NCBI GenBank assembly: GCA_025361585.1
Contig: JANYKK010000161.1
Location: 1-51,232, forward strand
Direction of reading: 5' to 3'
Length of the DNA stretch: 51,232 nucleotides
Origin: Methylobacter sp.
Lineage (GTDB): Bacteria > Pseudomonadota > Gammaproteobacteria > Methylococcales > Methylomonadaceae
This document shows positions 9,598-19,849 of this stretch, piece by piece. The translations under genes were made by a program, and so were the position numbers. The stretch's first letter is position 1. Every line of letters begins with the position of its first letter. The notes beneath the pieces were generated by a model. It made no database searches and was not told where the DNA came from. It worked only from the letters and a program-made list of their open reading frames with translations.

Positions 9598-10680
9598 ATG
9601 TTACTTTATTTTGCAGATTATTTGATGACATTTGATGGCGGGTTCAGGGTATTTCATTACCTGACCTTTCGCGCCATTCTGGGGGCCTTAACCTCGCTGA
9701 TGATTTCATTTGTCATCGGGCCGCTCATGATCAGGAAATTAAGCCGCAACAAGATCGGACAAAGTATCCGTGAGTTGGGTCCGCAATCGCATTACGAAAA
9801 AGCGGGTACGCCAACCATGGGCGGAACCTTGATCCTGGTCGCCATTACATTCAGTACATTGCTATGGGCAGACCTAAGAAACCACTACATCTGGGTTATT
9901 TTATTGGTGACCTTGGGATATGGCGTGATCGGTTTCATAGATGATTATCGAAAAGTCATCAAGGGCAACAGCGACGGTTTGTCGGCGAAAGCCAAATATT
10001 CCTGGCAATCGGTGATCGGTTTAATAGCGGCAGTTTTTTTGTACAAAACCGCAATCCTGCCTGCCGAAACACAGTTGATAGTGCCGTTCTTTAAGGACTT
10101 CGTGCTGGAGTTGGGCTGGATGTATATCGTGCTGACTTATTTTGTGATCGTCGGTACCAGCAACGCGGTCAACCTGACCGATGGGTTGGACGGACTGGCG
10201 ATTATGCCGACCGTGATGGTTGCAACCGGCCTGGGGATATTCGCGTATCTGTCCGGGCATGTGACGTTTTCGCAATATCTGGCGATACCTTATTTACCGA
10301 ATTCCGGGGAGTTGATCGTTTTTTGTGCGGCGTTGGTAGGTGCCGGATTGGGCTTTTTGTGGTTTAACGCTTACCCGGCGATGGTGTTCATGGGCGATGT
10401 CGGCGCGTTGGCGCTGGGCGGAGCTTTAGGTGTGTTGGCGGTGCTGGTCAGGCAGGAAATCGTTTTGGTGATTATGGGCGGTGTCTTTGTCATGGAAACG
10501 GTATCGGTGATTATTCAGGTGGCCTCTTTCAAGATGACCGGGAAACGCGTGTTTCGGATGGCGCCTATACATCATCATTTTGAATTGAAAGGCTGGCCGG
10601 AACCTCGCGTGATCGTGCGGTTCTGGATTATTACCGTCATCCTGGTGTTGATCGGCTTGGCTACTTTGAAACTGAGATAA
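9598..10680 (+). CDS. mraY: Phospho-N-acetylmuramoyl-pentapeptide transferase
   Basis: [38 protein letters not shown] at 9598 preferred over the ORF-track start. Confidence 0.97.
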   Translation: MLLYFADYLMTFDGGFRVFHYLTFRAILGALTSLMISFVIGPLMIRKLSRNKIGQSIRELGPQSHYEKAGTPTMGGTLILVAITFSTLLWADLRNHYIWVILLVTLGYGVIGFIDDYRKVIKGNSDGLSAKAKYSWQSVIGLIAAVFLYKTAILPAETQLIVPFFKDFVLELGWMYIVLTYFVIVGTSNAVNLTDGLDGLAIMPTVMVATGLGIFAYLSGHVTFSQYLAIPYLPNSGELIVFCAALVGAGLGFLWFNAYPAMVFMGDVGALALGGALGVLAVLVRQEIVLVIMGGVFVMETVSVIIQVASFKMTGKRVFRMAPIHHHFELKGWPEPRVIVRFWIITVILVLIGLATLKLR

Positions 10681-10683
10681 GAA

Positions 10684-12177
10684 ATGGATAGTGCAGCGAT
10701 TACAGCATCATTGAAAAAGAATTTCGCGTTGGATCCGCAAACGGCCAAGGTATTGGTCGTGGGGCTGGGCGACACGGGAATTTCGGTTGCGCATTATTTG
10801 CAAGGCTTAGGTTTTAAGTTCGCCATTATCGATAGCCGCGCCCAGCCGCCGATGATGGATGAGTTTTCTCAGCAGATGCCCGATACGCCGGTGTTTACCG
10901 GGGGCTTCGATGAGGCCGCGTTTAAGGTGGCAACGCATCTGGTGGTCAGTCCCGGCGTATCGCTGAATGAGCAGGCAATTGTTAAAGCCATAGCCAACGG
11001 TTCGAAAATAGTCAGCGATATAGACCTGTTTGCCTGTTCTGTCGATGTACCCATCGTTGCAATCAGCGGCTCGAATGGCAAAAGTACGGTAACCACCATG
11101 CTCGGTGAAATGGCAAAAGCGGCGGGAGTGGAAGTGGGCGTAGGCGGAAATTTGGGCACACCTGCTCTGGATTTGCTGGCGTTAAATGCGCAGCTTTATG
11201 TGCTGGAGCTGTCGAGTTTTCAGCTGGAGCGAACATCGGCTTTGAATGCGGCGGCAGCGACCGTGCTCAATGTCAGCGCCGACCATCTGGACAGGCATGT
11301 CGATTTGGCCGAATACGCTCGGGAAAAACAAAGAGTGTTCCGGGGTGACGGCGTGATGATTATCAACGTCGATGATCCTGTTGTCGATGCGATGCGGGAC
11401 GACTGCATGGATGCAGGAGGTAGAGCACCAAAAGTAGGCGCTTTAGGCGATGCTGGAGCAATTGCCGACGACAGCAGAAAGACATTCACCTTTTCAATTA
11501 ACAACAAAGCCGATTTCCACCTTGCATACCAAGGCGACACGGAATACCTGATGCACAACGAATCGCGCCTGATGCCGTTGGCTGAGTTGCCGCTGGAAGG
11601 CAGACATAACGCGGCCAATGCCTTGGCAGCACTGGCCTTGGGCGTGGCCGTGGGATTGGAAGAACAAGCTATGTGCAATGCCTTGCGAAAATTTAAAGGA
11701 CTAAGCCATCGAATGCAGCGTGTCGCAGAGATTCGCGGCGTCACCTGGGTTAACGACTCGAAAGCGACCAATATCGGTGCCTGTGTTGCCGCTTTGCAGG
11801 GCTACGCGCGCAAGGTGATTTTGATTGCGGGTGGCGATGCTAAAGGTGCCGACATGAATGAATTGACGTCTGCCATCAAAGAAAAAGCCAAAAGCGTAGT
11901 GTTGATGGGGAAGGATGCGGGGTTGATAAAGCAGGCCTTGAATGGCTGCGTCCCAGTCTATTCGGCAAGCAACATGGCGGAAGCGGTACAGATTGCAGCG
12001 GGTCTTGCCGATGCCGGTGAAAGCGTTTTGTTGTCGCCCGCCTGCGCGAGTCTCGATCAATATAAAAATTATCAGGATCGGGGTGAAAAATTTACCAAAG
12101 CGGTATTGGCGTTAGTTGACCGTACTGCATCGCCTAAGGCACCGACATTGATTCCGCCATCGATGGTGATCATATGA
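10684..12177 (+). CDS. murD: UDP-MurNAc-L-Ala:D-glutamate ligase
   Basis: GSNGKSTVT, LELSSFQL, DHLDRH, NDSKATN, LSPACAS. Confidence 0.97.
   Translation: MDSAAITASLKKNFALDPQTAKVLVVGLGDTGISVAHYLQGLGFKFAIIDSRAQPPMMDEFSQQMPDTPVFTGGFDEAAFKVATHLVVSPGVSLNEQAIVKAIANGSKIVSDIDLFACSVDVPIVAISGSNGKSTVTTMLGEMAKAAGVEVGVGGNLGTPALDLLALNAQLYVLELSSFQLERTSALNAAAATVLNVSADHLDRHVDLAEYAREKQRVFRGDGVMIINVDDPVVDAMRDDCMDAGGRAPKVGALGDAGAIADDSRKTFTFSINNKADFHLAYQGDTEYLMHNESRLMPLAELPLEGRHNAANALAALALGVAVGLEEQAMCNALRKFKGLSHRMQRVAEIRGVTWVNDSKATNIGACVAALQGYARKVILIAGGDAKGADMNELTSAIKEKAKSVVLMGKDAGLIKQALNGCVPVYSASNMAEAVQIAAGLADAGESVLLSPACASLDQYKNYQDRGEKFTKAVLALVDRTASPKAPTLIPPSMVII
11400..11469 (+). repeat. NGGA repeat variant with a nested 22-nt mini-element, in frame in murD (DCMDAGGRAPKVGALGDAGAIAD)
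   Basis: cgactgcATGGAtgcaggaggtagagca[ccaaaagtaggcgctttaggcg]atgcTGGAgcaattgccgac. Confidence 0.85.
12118..12172 (-). repeat. Inverted degenerate composite repeat forming the MurD C-terminal tail (RTASPKAPTLIPPSMVI)
   Basis: Reverse complement gatcaccatcgatggcggaat-caatgtcggtgccttaggcg-atgcag. The ASPKAPT peptide is also found in the antisense frame of the 11400 copy. Confidence 0.75.
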
Positions 12178-12187
12178 GCATGCAGCA

Positions 12188-13357
12188 ATGAAAGCACGGA
12201 GCCGCCAATTTTATTTCGATCCGATGTTGCTATTCGTGAGCATTAGTTTATTGCTGATCGGTTATGTGATGGTGGCATCCGCCTCATTGCATCTGGGCAT
12301 AAAGTTGACCGGCGACGGTTTGTATTATCCGGTCAGGCAGTTAATGCATATCGGTTTGGGGCTTATTTTCGGCGGGGGCGTGGCGTCAGTTCCGATGCGG
12401 GTTTGGGAGCAAAATGGCCCCCGGCTGTTCATTGCTGGATTGCTGTTGCTGATCATCGTGCTGATTCCCGGTTTGGGCGTAAAGGTTAACGGTAGTGTGC
12501 GTTGGCTGTCGATAGGCGGGGTAAGAATGCAGGTATCCGAAGTGGTGAAGTTTTTTTCGGTCATCTATATGGCCGGATATGTGACCCGGTACCAGGAGTC
12601 CGTGCAGAAAGCGGCTTTTGGATTGATTAAACCGCTAGGGCTGTTTTCAGTGGCTAGTTTGCTGCTGTTGCTGGAACCGGATTTCGGTTCGGCTGTCGTC
12701 ATTACAATGATAGCCATGGGCATCATGTTTTTAGCAGGTGCGAGACTATCGCAATTTATTGTGTTGTTGTTGGGCATTGGCGTATTGGCCATGATGCTGG
12801 TTTATTTTTCGCCTTATCGATTGGTGCGGGTCACCAGTTTTATGGATCCTTGGGCTGATCCGTTGAAAAGCGGATTTCAATTAGTCCAGGCGCTTATTTC
12901 GTTCGGGCGAGGGGAATGGTTGGGCGTGGGTTTGGGTAGCGGCATACAAAAATTATTTTATTTACCCGAAGCGCATACGGATTTCCTGTTTTCGGTGATC
13001 GGTGAAGAGCTGGGTCTTCTGGGCGTAGTGTCCGTGATTGGCTTATTTTCGTTATTGGTCTGGCGCAGCTTTGCAATAGGTGTTGCCGCCGAACAGGCAG
13101 GCCAACGGTTTTCAGCATTTATTGCCTATGGTTTGGGCATTTGGTTCGGATTCCAGTCATTCGTCAACATGGGTGTCAATATGGGCGTATTGCCAACCAA
13201 AGGCCTGACCTTGCCATTAATGAGTTATGGCGGTGGCAGCATGATGATCATGTGTTGTGCGATTGCATTGCTATTCCGGGTGCAAAGCGAAGTCGCCGAA
13301 CTCAATGCTGGTAAGGCTCCTAAGCAGCGCATGGGAACGAGAGTTCGGCATGGCTAA
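12188..13357 (+). CDS. ftsW: Peptidoglycan glycosyltransferase FtsW
   Basis: Multi-TM SEDS protein: RWL, EPDFGS, YLPEAHTDF, PTKGLTLPLMSYGG. Confidence 0.97.
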   Translation: MKARSRQFYFDPMLLFVSISLLLIGYVMVASASLHLGIKLTGDGLYYPVRQLMHIGLGLIFGGGVASVPMRVWEQNGPRLFIAGLLLLIIVLIPGLGVKVNGSVRWLSIGGVRMQVSEVVKFFSVIYMAGYVTRYQESVQKAAFGLIKPLGLFSVASLLLLLEPDFGSAVVITMIAMGIMFLAGARLSQFIVLLLGIGVLAMMLVYFSPYRLVRVTSFMDPWADPLKSGFQLVQALISFGRGEWLGVGLGSGIQKLFYLPEAHTDFLFSVIGEELGLLGVVSVIGLFSLLVWRSFAIGVAAEQAGQRFSAFIAYGLGIWFGFQSFVNMGVNMGVLPTKGLTLPLMSYGGGSMMIMCCAIALLFRVQSEVAELNAGKAPKQRMGTRVRHG

Positions 13358-14465
13358 GCGCATCGTTATTATGGCTGGAGGAACCGGCGGGCATGTGTTT
13401 CCGGCGCTTGCGGTAGCTCAAGAATTGATCGAAAAAGGCTGGAAGGTCAGCTGGTTGGGTACGCAAAAGGGGCTGGAAGGCCGGGTAATTCCCGAGCAGG
13501 GTATTGAGATCGATTGGCTGTCAGTTGCCGGTGTGCGGGGCAAAGGTTGGTTGTCGAAAATAACTGCCGTATTGTTGTTGGCGAAGGCTTGCATTCAGGC
13601 CTTGAAAATATTGCGGCAGCGCAAACCGGATGTGGTTTTGGGCATGGGCGGCTTTGTGGCGGGCCCTGGTGGATTAATGGCAAAACTATTGGGTATCCCA
13701 CTGGTCATACACGAGCAAAATCGGGTGCCCGGCACCACGAACCGGCTGTTGGCGCGCATGGCTAACCAAGTGTTGGAAGCCTTTCCGGGCAGCTTTGATA
13801 AAAAGCTGAATGCAAAATTTACCGGAAACCCGTTAAGGAAACAGTTTGTAATCCCCCTCAATCCCCCTTTTTCAAAGGCGGAGGCTAATTCTCCCTTTGA
13901 AAAAGCCCATGACCTAATTCCCCCCTTTAAAAAAGGGGGGCAAGGGGGGATTAAAGTATTAGTCGTTGGCGGCAGCCAAGGAGCCCAGATATTGAATGAA
14001 GTCGTGCCCGAGGCGTTGGCCGATTTAAATAATGTAGCCGTGCGGCATCAAACCGGCGCAGCCATGCAGCAGCAGGTCGAGAGTCGTTATAAAGAATTAG
14101 GCGTGAATGCGGAAGTTGCTGCCTTTATAGAAGACATGGTGTCGGCCTATCAATGGGCGGATCTGGTGATTTGCAGATCCGGCGCAATGACTGTCAGCGA
14201 GGTGTCGGCCTCTGGGGTACCCGCGATATTTATACCATTACCGAACGCGATAGACGATCATCAAACTGCTAATGCCCGGTATTTAACCGATGCCGGTGCC
14301 GGACTGCTGTTGATGCAAAAAGACTTGAATGCGGCAATGCTGGCAAATCAGATAAACAAGGTACTGACGCAATTGGATGTGATGAGTAAAACAGTAAAAA
14401 AATACGCCCGTTTGGATGCGACCCAAATCGTTGCCGGTGTTTGCATGACCGAGGCTGGGCTATGA
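13350..14465 (+). CDS. murG: Lipid II GlcNAc transferase MurG
   Basis: [37 protein letters not shown] at 13350 overlaps the ftsW end. Confidence 0.97.
   Translation: MAKRIVIMAGGTGGHVFPALAVAQELIEKGWKVSWLGTQKGLEGRVIPEQGIEIDWLSVAGVRGKGWLSKITAVLLLAKACIQALKILRQRKPDVVLGMGGFVAGPGGLMAKLLGIPLVIHEQNRVPGTTNRLLARMANQVLEAFPGSFDKKLNAKFTGNPLRKQFVIPLNPPFSKAEANSPFEKAHDLIPPFKKGGQGGIKVLVVGGSQGAQILNEVVPEALADLNNVAVRHQTGAAMQQQVESRYKELGVNAEVAAFIEDMVSAYQWADLVICRSGAMTVSEVSASGVPAIFIPLPNAIDDHQTANARYLTDAGAGLLLMQKDLNAAMLANQINKVLTQLDVMSKTVKKYARLDATQIVAGVCMTEAGL
13849..13953. mobile_element. ~105-bp MITE-like inverted-repeat element in frame in the MurG interdomain linker
   Basis: 30-bp imperfect terminal inverted repeats (24/30; taatccccc...aaagg / cctt...gggggatta) with TA at both ends and an internal third arm. 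Encodes [35 protein letters not shown]. Confidence 0.8.
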
Positions 14466-15913
14466 ACACTCCCAACAGTCAGATGCAGACTCAGGCATTA
14501 GGCGGCGTCAACCGGATACATTTTGTCGGCATCGGCGGCACCGGCATGAGCGGCATTGCCGAGGTGTTGTCGAACCTGGGCTATCAGGTTTCAGGTTCCG
14601 ACATCAGGGAAAGCGCGGTGACGCAAAGGCTGGCAAGCTTGGGCGTGATTATCAATATCGGCCATAAACGGGAAAATATAGCCAAGGTCGATGTGGTGGT
14701 CGCTTCCAGCGCTATAGACCGGAGCAATGAAGAAATAGACGAAGCCTATATTCAAAGGATACCGGTCATTCCGCGTGCGGAAATGCTGGCTGAGCTGATG
14801 CGTTTCAGGTTTGGCATTGCCGTAGCCGGAACCCATGGCAAGACCACGACCACCAGTTTGACCGCAAGCGTTTTGGCCGAAGGCGGGCTTGATCCTACCT
14901 TCGTGATCGGCGGGCGTTTAAACAGCGCAGGCAGCAATGCCAAATTGGGTTTAGGCCATTACTTGGTCGCTGAAGCCGATGAAAGCGACGCGTCATTTTT
15001 ATATTTGCAGCCGATGATGGCCATCGTCACCAATATTGATCAGGATCATATGGCGACCTATGAGGGCAGCTTTCAGCGGCTAAAGGATACGTTTACCGAG
15101 TTCCTGCATCATCTGCCTTTTTACGGGTTGGCGGTAATGTGCCTGGATGATGAAGGCGTCAGGGCTATCCTGCCGGGAATATCCAAGCCGGTAACGACCT
15201 ATGGCGTCCATGAAGATGCCGATGTGCGAGCGGTCAATATCAAGCAAGAGGGCATGCATACCTCTTTTGAAGTGTTACGAAGAGGCGACTATCCGTCGTT
15301 GCATGTCACCTTGAATATGCCGGGTTGGCATAACATGCTTAATGCGTTGGCAGCGATTTGCGTAGCGAGCAAGCTGGCGGTCGATGATGCGGCCATTATC
15401 AGGAGCCTGGGGGCGTTTAACGGCGTAGGCAGACGCTTTCAGCTTAACGGCGATTTGCCGATGGGCGCGGGCAAACTGACGCTGGTTGACGATTACGGAC
15501 ATCATCCGCGCGAGATTGCCGCGACGCTTGAAGCCTTGCGTCAGGCTTGGCCGGATCGGCGTAAAGTCATCATTTTTCAGCCGCACCGTTATACCCGCAC
15601 CCGGGATTTATTTGAAGATTTTGTGCAAGTGTTGTCTACCGTTGACGTGCTGATCCTGATGGACGTTTATTCGGCAGGTGAAACGGCGATTCCCGGCGCG
15701 GACGGCAGAGCTTTAAGTCGGGCCATTCGTGTCCGTGGGCAGGTCGATCCGGTGTTTGTCGAAAACTGGGAGGAATTGCCGCAGATATTGGCGGGCATCG
15801 TCTTAGCCGAGGATGTGATTTTGACCATGGGCGCTGGCAATGTCGGGCAAATTGCCGCCCAGTTGCAGCAGTCGTTGGCAGAAACCTTGCGATCCAAGGA
15901 TTCTGAGAAATGA
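14462..15913 (+). CDS. murC: UDP-MurNAc:L-alanine ligase
   Basis: [45 protein letters not shown] at 14462 overlaps the murG stop. Confidence 0.97.
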   Translation: MNTPNSQMQTQALGGVNRIHFVGIGGTGMSGIAEVLSNLGYQVSGSDIRESAVTQRLASLGVIINIGHKRENIAKVDVVVASSAIDRSNEEIDEAYIQRIPVIPRAEMLAELMRFRFGIAVAGTHGKTTTTSLTASVLAEGGLDPTFVIGGRLNSAGSNAKLGLGHYLVAEADESDASFLYLQPMMAIVTNIDQDHMATYEGSFQRLKDTFTEFLHHLPFYGLAVMCLDDEGVRAILPGISKPVTTYGVHEDADVRAVNIKQEGMHTSFEVLRRGDYPSLHVTLNMPGWHNMLNALAAICVASKLAVDDAAIIRSLGAFNGVGRRFQLNGDLPMGAGKLTLVDDYGHHPREIAATLEALRQAWPDRRKVIIFQPHRYTRTRDLFEDFVQVLSTVDVLILMDVYSAGETAIPGADGRALSRAIRVRGQVDPVFVENWEELPQILAGIVLAEDVILTMGAGNVGQIAAQLQQSLAETLRSKDSEK

Positions 15914-16788
15914 CCATGGAGGGTCAATTGCTAAAACATGAAAAACTGGCGAAGTACACTAGTTGGCGCATTGGCGGCCCGGCAGACCAGCTGTACATTC
16001 CGCAAGACCGGCAGGATCTGGTCGAATTTATAAAGACGATGCCGGAATCCGAACCGGTGTTCTGGATGGGCTTGGGCAGCAACTTACTGGTCAGGGATGG
16101 CGGCATACGCGGCACGGTGATTAACACTAAGGGCCGGTTAAAAGAGATGAGCTTGACCGACGATGGTTCGGTCTATGTTGAAGCAGGCGTTCCCTGTGCG
16201 CATGTAGCGCGATTTTGTGGAGAACGCGGCTTAATCGGCGCGGAATTTCTGGCGGGCATACCCGGAACCATGGGCGGCGCTTTGAAGATGAATGCCGGGG
16301 CTTTCGATGGCGAAACCTGGGCTATCGTTAAATGCGTGGACATGCTGGATAGGTCGGGCAAGGTCATGCAGAGAAAGCCTGAAGAGTTCAAGATAAGTTA
16401 CCGCTCGGTGCAGGGTTTCGGAAACGAATGGTTTCTATCTTGCCTGTTGATGTTGCAGCAAGGCGATACCGTAGCGAGCCAGCAGAAGATCAAAGGTTTA
16501 TTGGAAAAGCGGGGGGCAACACAACCGACTAATCAGCCCAGTTGCGGGTCGGTATTTAAAAATCCTCCAGGCGATTATGCGGCGCGGTTGATAGAGCAAA
16601 CCGGATTGAAAGGCTATGTGATCGGCGGTGCATGTGTGTCGGAAAAACACGCGAATTTTATCGTCAATACCGGCACTGCAACGGCAGCGGACATTGAGGC
16701 TCTTATATATTATGTACAGAATAAAGTTGAACAGCAACACGGGGTGGTCTTGCAGACCGAGGTTTGTATGGTAGGTGAATCACTATGA
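15910..16788 (+). CDS. murB: UDP-N-acetylenolpyruvoylglucosamine reductase
   Basis: [35 protein letters not shown]. Confidence 0.97.
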   Translation: MTMEGQLLKHEKLAKYTSWRIGGPADQLYIPQDRQDLVEFIKTMPESEPVFWMGLGSNLLVRDGGIRGTVINTKGRLKEMSLTDDGSVYVEAGVPCAHVARFCGERGLIGAEFLAGIPGTMGGALKMNAGAFDGETWAIVKCVDMLDRSGKVMQRKPEEFKISYRSVQGFGNEWFLSCLLMLQQGDTVASQQKIKGLLEKRGATQPTNQPSCGSVFKNPPGDYAARLIEQTGLKGYVIGGACVSEKHANFIVNTGTATAADIEALIYYVQNKVEQQHGVVLQTEVCMVGESL

Positions 16789-17717
16789 AGGCAATGACTA
16801 TAAATAATCCCCAACAGTTCGGTCGCGTTGCGGTATTGATGGGCGGTTCGGCGGCGGAAAGGGAGGTCTCATTAAGAAGCGGGTCGGCTGTCTATGAAGC
16901 GTTAAAAAATAAAGGCGTGGATGCGCTTGCCATTGATGTGACAGGCAGTCCGATTGAAGCGTTGGCAGGATTAAAAATCGACCGGGTATTTAATATTATC
17001 CACGGACGCGGCGGCGAAGACGGAGTGCTGCAAGGGGTGCTTGAAGTGTTGGGGATACCCTATACCGGCAGCGGCGTGATGGCATCGGCACTGACCATGG
17101 ATAAGCTTCGAACCAAGTTGTGCTGGCAGGGTTACGGATTGGTCACGCCGCTTTGGTGCTTGTTGGAAAATGAAGCCGATCTGGATGCTTGCATAGCAAA
17201 GCTGGGTTTCCCGGTAATCGTCAAGCCGGCGCAGGAAGGCTCCAGTATCGGCATGAGCAAGGCGGCCAATCGGGACGAATTGCAAAAAGCTTTAGCCTTA
17301 GCGGCACAGTATCGCTGCGATGTTTATGCGGAGGCTTGGGTTACCGGTAAGGAGTATACCGTTGCGGTGTTAGATGGCACAGCGTTGCCTGTTATCCGCC
17401 TGGAAACCCCAAATGCTTTTTACGATTATGAAGCGAAGTATCAGGCGACAACCACTCAATATCATTGCCCTTGCGGCCTGAATCAGGAACAGGAGCAATC
17501 GTTAAAGAAACTGGCGGAAACGGCTTGCAAGGTAGTCGGCGTTAAAGGTTGGGGGCGGGTGGATGTATTTGTCGATGACGCGGGGCAGTACCAGTTGATT
17601 GAGGTGAATACCGTCCCCGGCATGACCGACCATAGTTTAGTGCCGATGGCGGCGAGGCAAGCGGGCATGGATTTTGAGGAGTTGGTTTGGCGCATTTTGG
17701 AAACCAGTTGCGGGTGA
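16785..17717 (+). CDS. ddl: D-alanine--D-alanine ligase
   Basis: GGSAAEREVSL, HGRGGEDG, EGSSIG, EVNTVPGMT. Confidence 0.97.
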   Translation: MKAMTINNPQQFGRVAVLMGGSAAEREVSLRSGSAVYEALKNKGVDALAIDVTGSPIEALAGLKIDRVFNIIHGRGGEDGVLQGVLEVLGIPYTGSGVMASALTMDKLRTKLCWQGYGLVTPLWCLLENEADLDACIAKLGFPVIVKPAQEGSSIGMSKAANRDELQKALALAAQYRCDVYAEAWVTGKEYTVAVLDGTALPVIRLETPNAFYDYEAKYQATTTQYHCPCGLNQEQEQSLKKLAETACKVVGVKGWGRVDVFVDDAGQYQLIEVNTVPGMTDHSLVPMAARQAGMDFEELVWRILETSCG

Positions 17718-17723
17718 TGATAG

Positions 17724-18533
17724 ATGGCCGTTGTAAAAATCATGGTCGCTGCATTGCTGTTTGCAAGCCTAACCTGGGCGGCAAGCGTGGGCATCAAAAT
17801 CATCCCGATTAAATATGTGCGTACCGAGGGGGTTTTTCAATACCTCAGTAAGGAAGAAATAAAGGCAGCTTTGCGGCCCTTAGTGATGACCGGTTTTTTC
17901 GATGCCGATATGCAAGCCATACATCAGGCGGTTTCGGAATTGACTTGGGTGGATACGGTGACGGTCAAACGGGTCTGGCCGGACGCTATAGACATAAAGA
18001 TACGCGAAAAGAAGCCTTATGTGCGCTGGGGGCTGCAAAGCCTGATCAGTACACGGGGTGAGATTATTACGCCGAAGAATATAGAGCCGTTTAATAACCT
18101 GCCGATTTTACAAGGGCCGGAGCAGCAACAGGTAAAGACGCTGGAAATAATGAAGGGTGTAAACACAGCATTAGCCGATCAATCGATGAAAATGGCGGAG
18201 TTCACGATTAATGATCGCTGGGCATGGAAGATTAAATTAACAACAGGCTTGGAAATATTGTTGGGACGCAATGAACAGCTAAAGAAATTACAGCGGTTTT
18301 TAAAAACGCTGGACGTATTAGGACAAGAACAAGTTGAGAAAATAGCCATAGTCGATTTGAGATATCCCAATGGATATGCGGTTTCATGGAAACCGGGAAC
18401 TGAAGAAATCGACTGGTCGCATCGGTTCCATACCGATGCGACACTTCTGACCCCCAGGGATGGGGGAAATGCCGCAAGACTGCCGGGAGCAGTTGCGGCC
18501 TCCATCCTTGGCGGTCGGAAGAATAATGGTTAG
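17724..18533 (+). CDS. ftsQ: Cell division protein FtsQ with a repeat-derived C-terminal extension
   Basis: TM, POTRA domain (VKRVWPD) and VDLRYPNGYAVSW, followed by about 40 extra residues. Confidence 0.93.
   Translation: MAVVKIMVAALLFASLTWAASVGIKIIPIKYVRTEGVFQYLSKEEIKAALRPLVMTGFFDADMQAIHQAVSELTWVDTVTVKRVWPDAIDIKIREKKPYVRWGLQSLISTRGEIITPKNIEPFNNLPILQGPEQQQVKTLEIMKGVNTALADQSMKMAEFTINDRWAWKIKLTTGLEILLGRNEQLKKLQRFLKTLDVLGQEQVEKIAIVDLRYPNGYAVSWKPGTEEIDWSHRFHTDATLLTPRDGGNAARLPGAVAASILGGRKNNG
18415..18517. repeat. Nested NGGA repeats: antisense outer copy (18415-18447 plus 18501-18517) interrupted by a sense inner copy (18448-18500)
   Basis: Outer copy has a perfect 11-bp stem gtcgcatcggt/accgatgcgac, then acttc//tccatccttggcggtcg. 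Inner copy is tgacccccAGGGAtgggggaaatgccgcaagactgcCGGGAgcagttgcggcc. Confidence 0.88.
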
Positions 18534-18586
18534 TCCTCAGCATAAAATAGATGGTTAATCGTAAAAGTTGATGCAGAGTAAAGAAA

Positions 18587-19813
18587 ATGTCTAAAAAAAC
18601 AGAGCGTAATTTAATAGTCGGGCTGGACATCGGCACGTCGAAGGTCGCCGCTATTGTTGGCGAGATAGGCAGTGACGGCAATATTGAAATCATCGGCATC
18701 GGCTCAACACCATCGCGAGGTCTAAAAAAGGGGGTCGTGGTCAATCTGGAGTCGACCGTGCAATCCATACAGCGCGCTATTGAAGAGGCTGAATTAATGG
18801 CGGGATGCCAGATTAAGTCGGTTTATGCGGGCATTGCAGGCAGTCATATCCGCAGCCTTAATTCTCACGGCATCGTGGCCATTAAGGACAAGGAAGTGAC
18901 CCAGTATGACATAGACAGGGTGATCGATTCGGCCCGAGCTGTGGCGATTCCTGCGGATCAAAAAATCCTGCATATTTTGCCTCAGGAGTTTGTGATCGAC
19001 CTTCAGGAGGGCATTAAGGAGCCTATCGGAATGTCGGGCATTCGGCTGGAGGCTAAGGTGCATATGGTCACCGGCAGCGTCAGCGCCTCGCAAAATATCG
19101 TCAAGTGTATACGGCGTTGCGGCTTGGAAGTCGATGACATTGTGTTGGAGCAGTTGGCATCTTGCAGTTCGGTGCTGACCGATGATGAAAAGGAATTGGG
19201 CGTTTGCCTGATCGATATAGGCGGCGGCACTACGGATATAGCAATATTTGTCGAGGGCGCGATAAAACACACGGCAGTGATTCCGATAGCCGGCGATCAG
19301 GTGACCAATGATATTGCCGTTGCGCTGCGTACGCCGACTATGAATGCCGAGGATATTAAACGTAAATATGCTTGTGCCTTAACGCAGTTGGCGAATGTCG
19401 ATGAGGTTATTGAGGTGCCCAGTATCGGCGACAGAGCGCCGCGCAAGATATCAACGCAAAATCTGGCCGAGATTATTGAGCCGCGTTATGAAGAACTGAT
19501 GCTGTTGGTTCAGTCGGAGTTAAGACGCAGCGGATTTGAAGAATTAATTGCTGCCGGCATCGTGTTAACGGGCGGCAGTTCAAAAGTTATGGGATTGATC
19601 GAATTGGCGGAGGAGATTTTCCATATGCCTGTCCGGATGGGCGGACCGCAAAATGTGACAGGGCTAACCGAGGTGGTTAAAAACCCGATCCATTCTACAG
19701 GGGTCGGATTGTTAATGTATGGCAAAGAACATCAGGGCATGGGCAGAAGTATCGATTCTGACGGCCCCAGCGTGTTTTCAAGAATGAAGCATTGGTTTCA
19801 GGGTAATTTTTAA
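18587..19813 (+). CDS. ftsA: Cell division protein FtsA
   Basis: VGLDIGTSKV, DIGGGTTD, VLTGG, and C-terminal amphipathic helix WFQGNF. Confidence 0.98.
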   Translation: MSKKTERNLIVGLDIGTSKVAAIVGEIGSDGNIEIIGIGSTPSRGLKKGVVVNLESTVQSIQRAIEEAELMAGCQIKSVYAGIAGSHIRSLNSHGIVAIKDKEVTQYDIDRVIDSARAVAIPADQKILHILPQEFVIDLQEGIKEPIGMSGIRLEAKVHMVTGSVSASQNIVKCIRRCGLEVDDIVLEQLASCSSVLTDDEKELGVCLIDIGGGTTDIAIFVEGAIKHTAVIPIAGDQVTNDIAVALRTPTMNAEDIKRKYACALTQLANVDEVIEVPSIGDRAPRKISTQNLAEIIEPRYEELMLLVQSELRRSGFEELIAAGIVLTGGSSKVMGLIELAEEIFHMPVRMGGPQNVTGLTEVVKNPIHSTGVGLLMYGKEHQGMGRSIDSDGPSVFSRMKHWFQGNF

Positions 19814-19849
19814 TAATTTTGTAAGTTAACTAGGGGCGAGGAAATAATT

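Noticed and set aside
19730-19755. ftsA 3' segment cagggcatgggcagaagtatcg resembling the repeat
   Set aside because: No NGGA hairpin, and the FtsA linker length looks ordinary.
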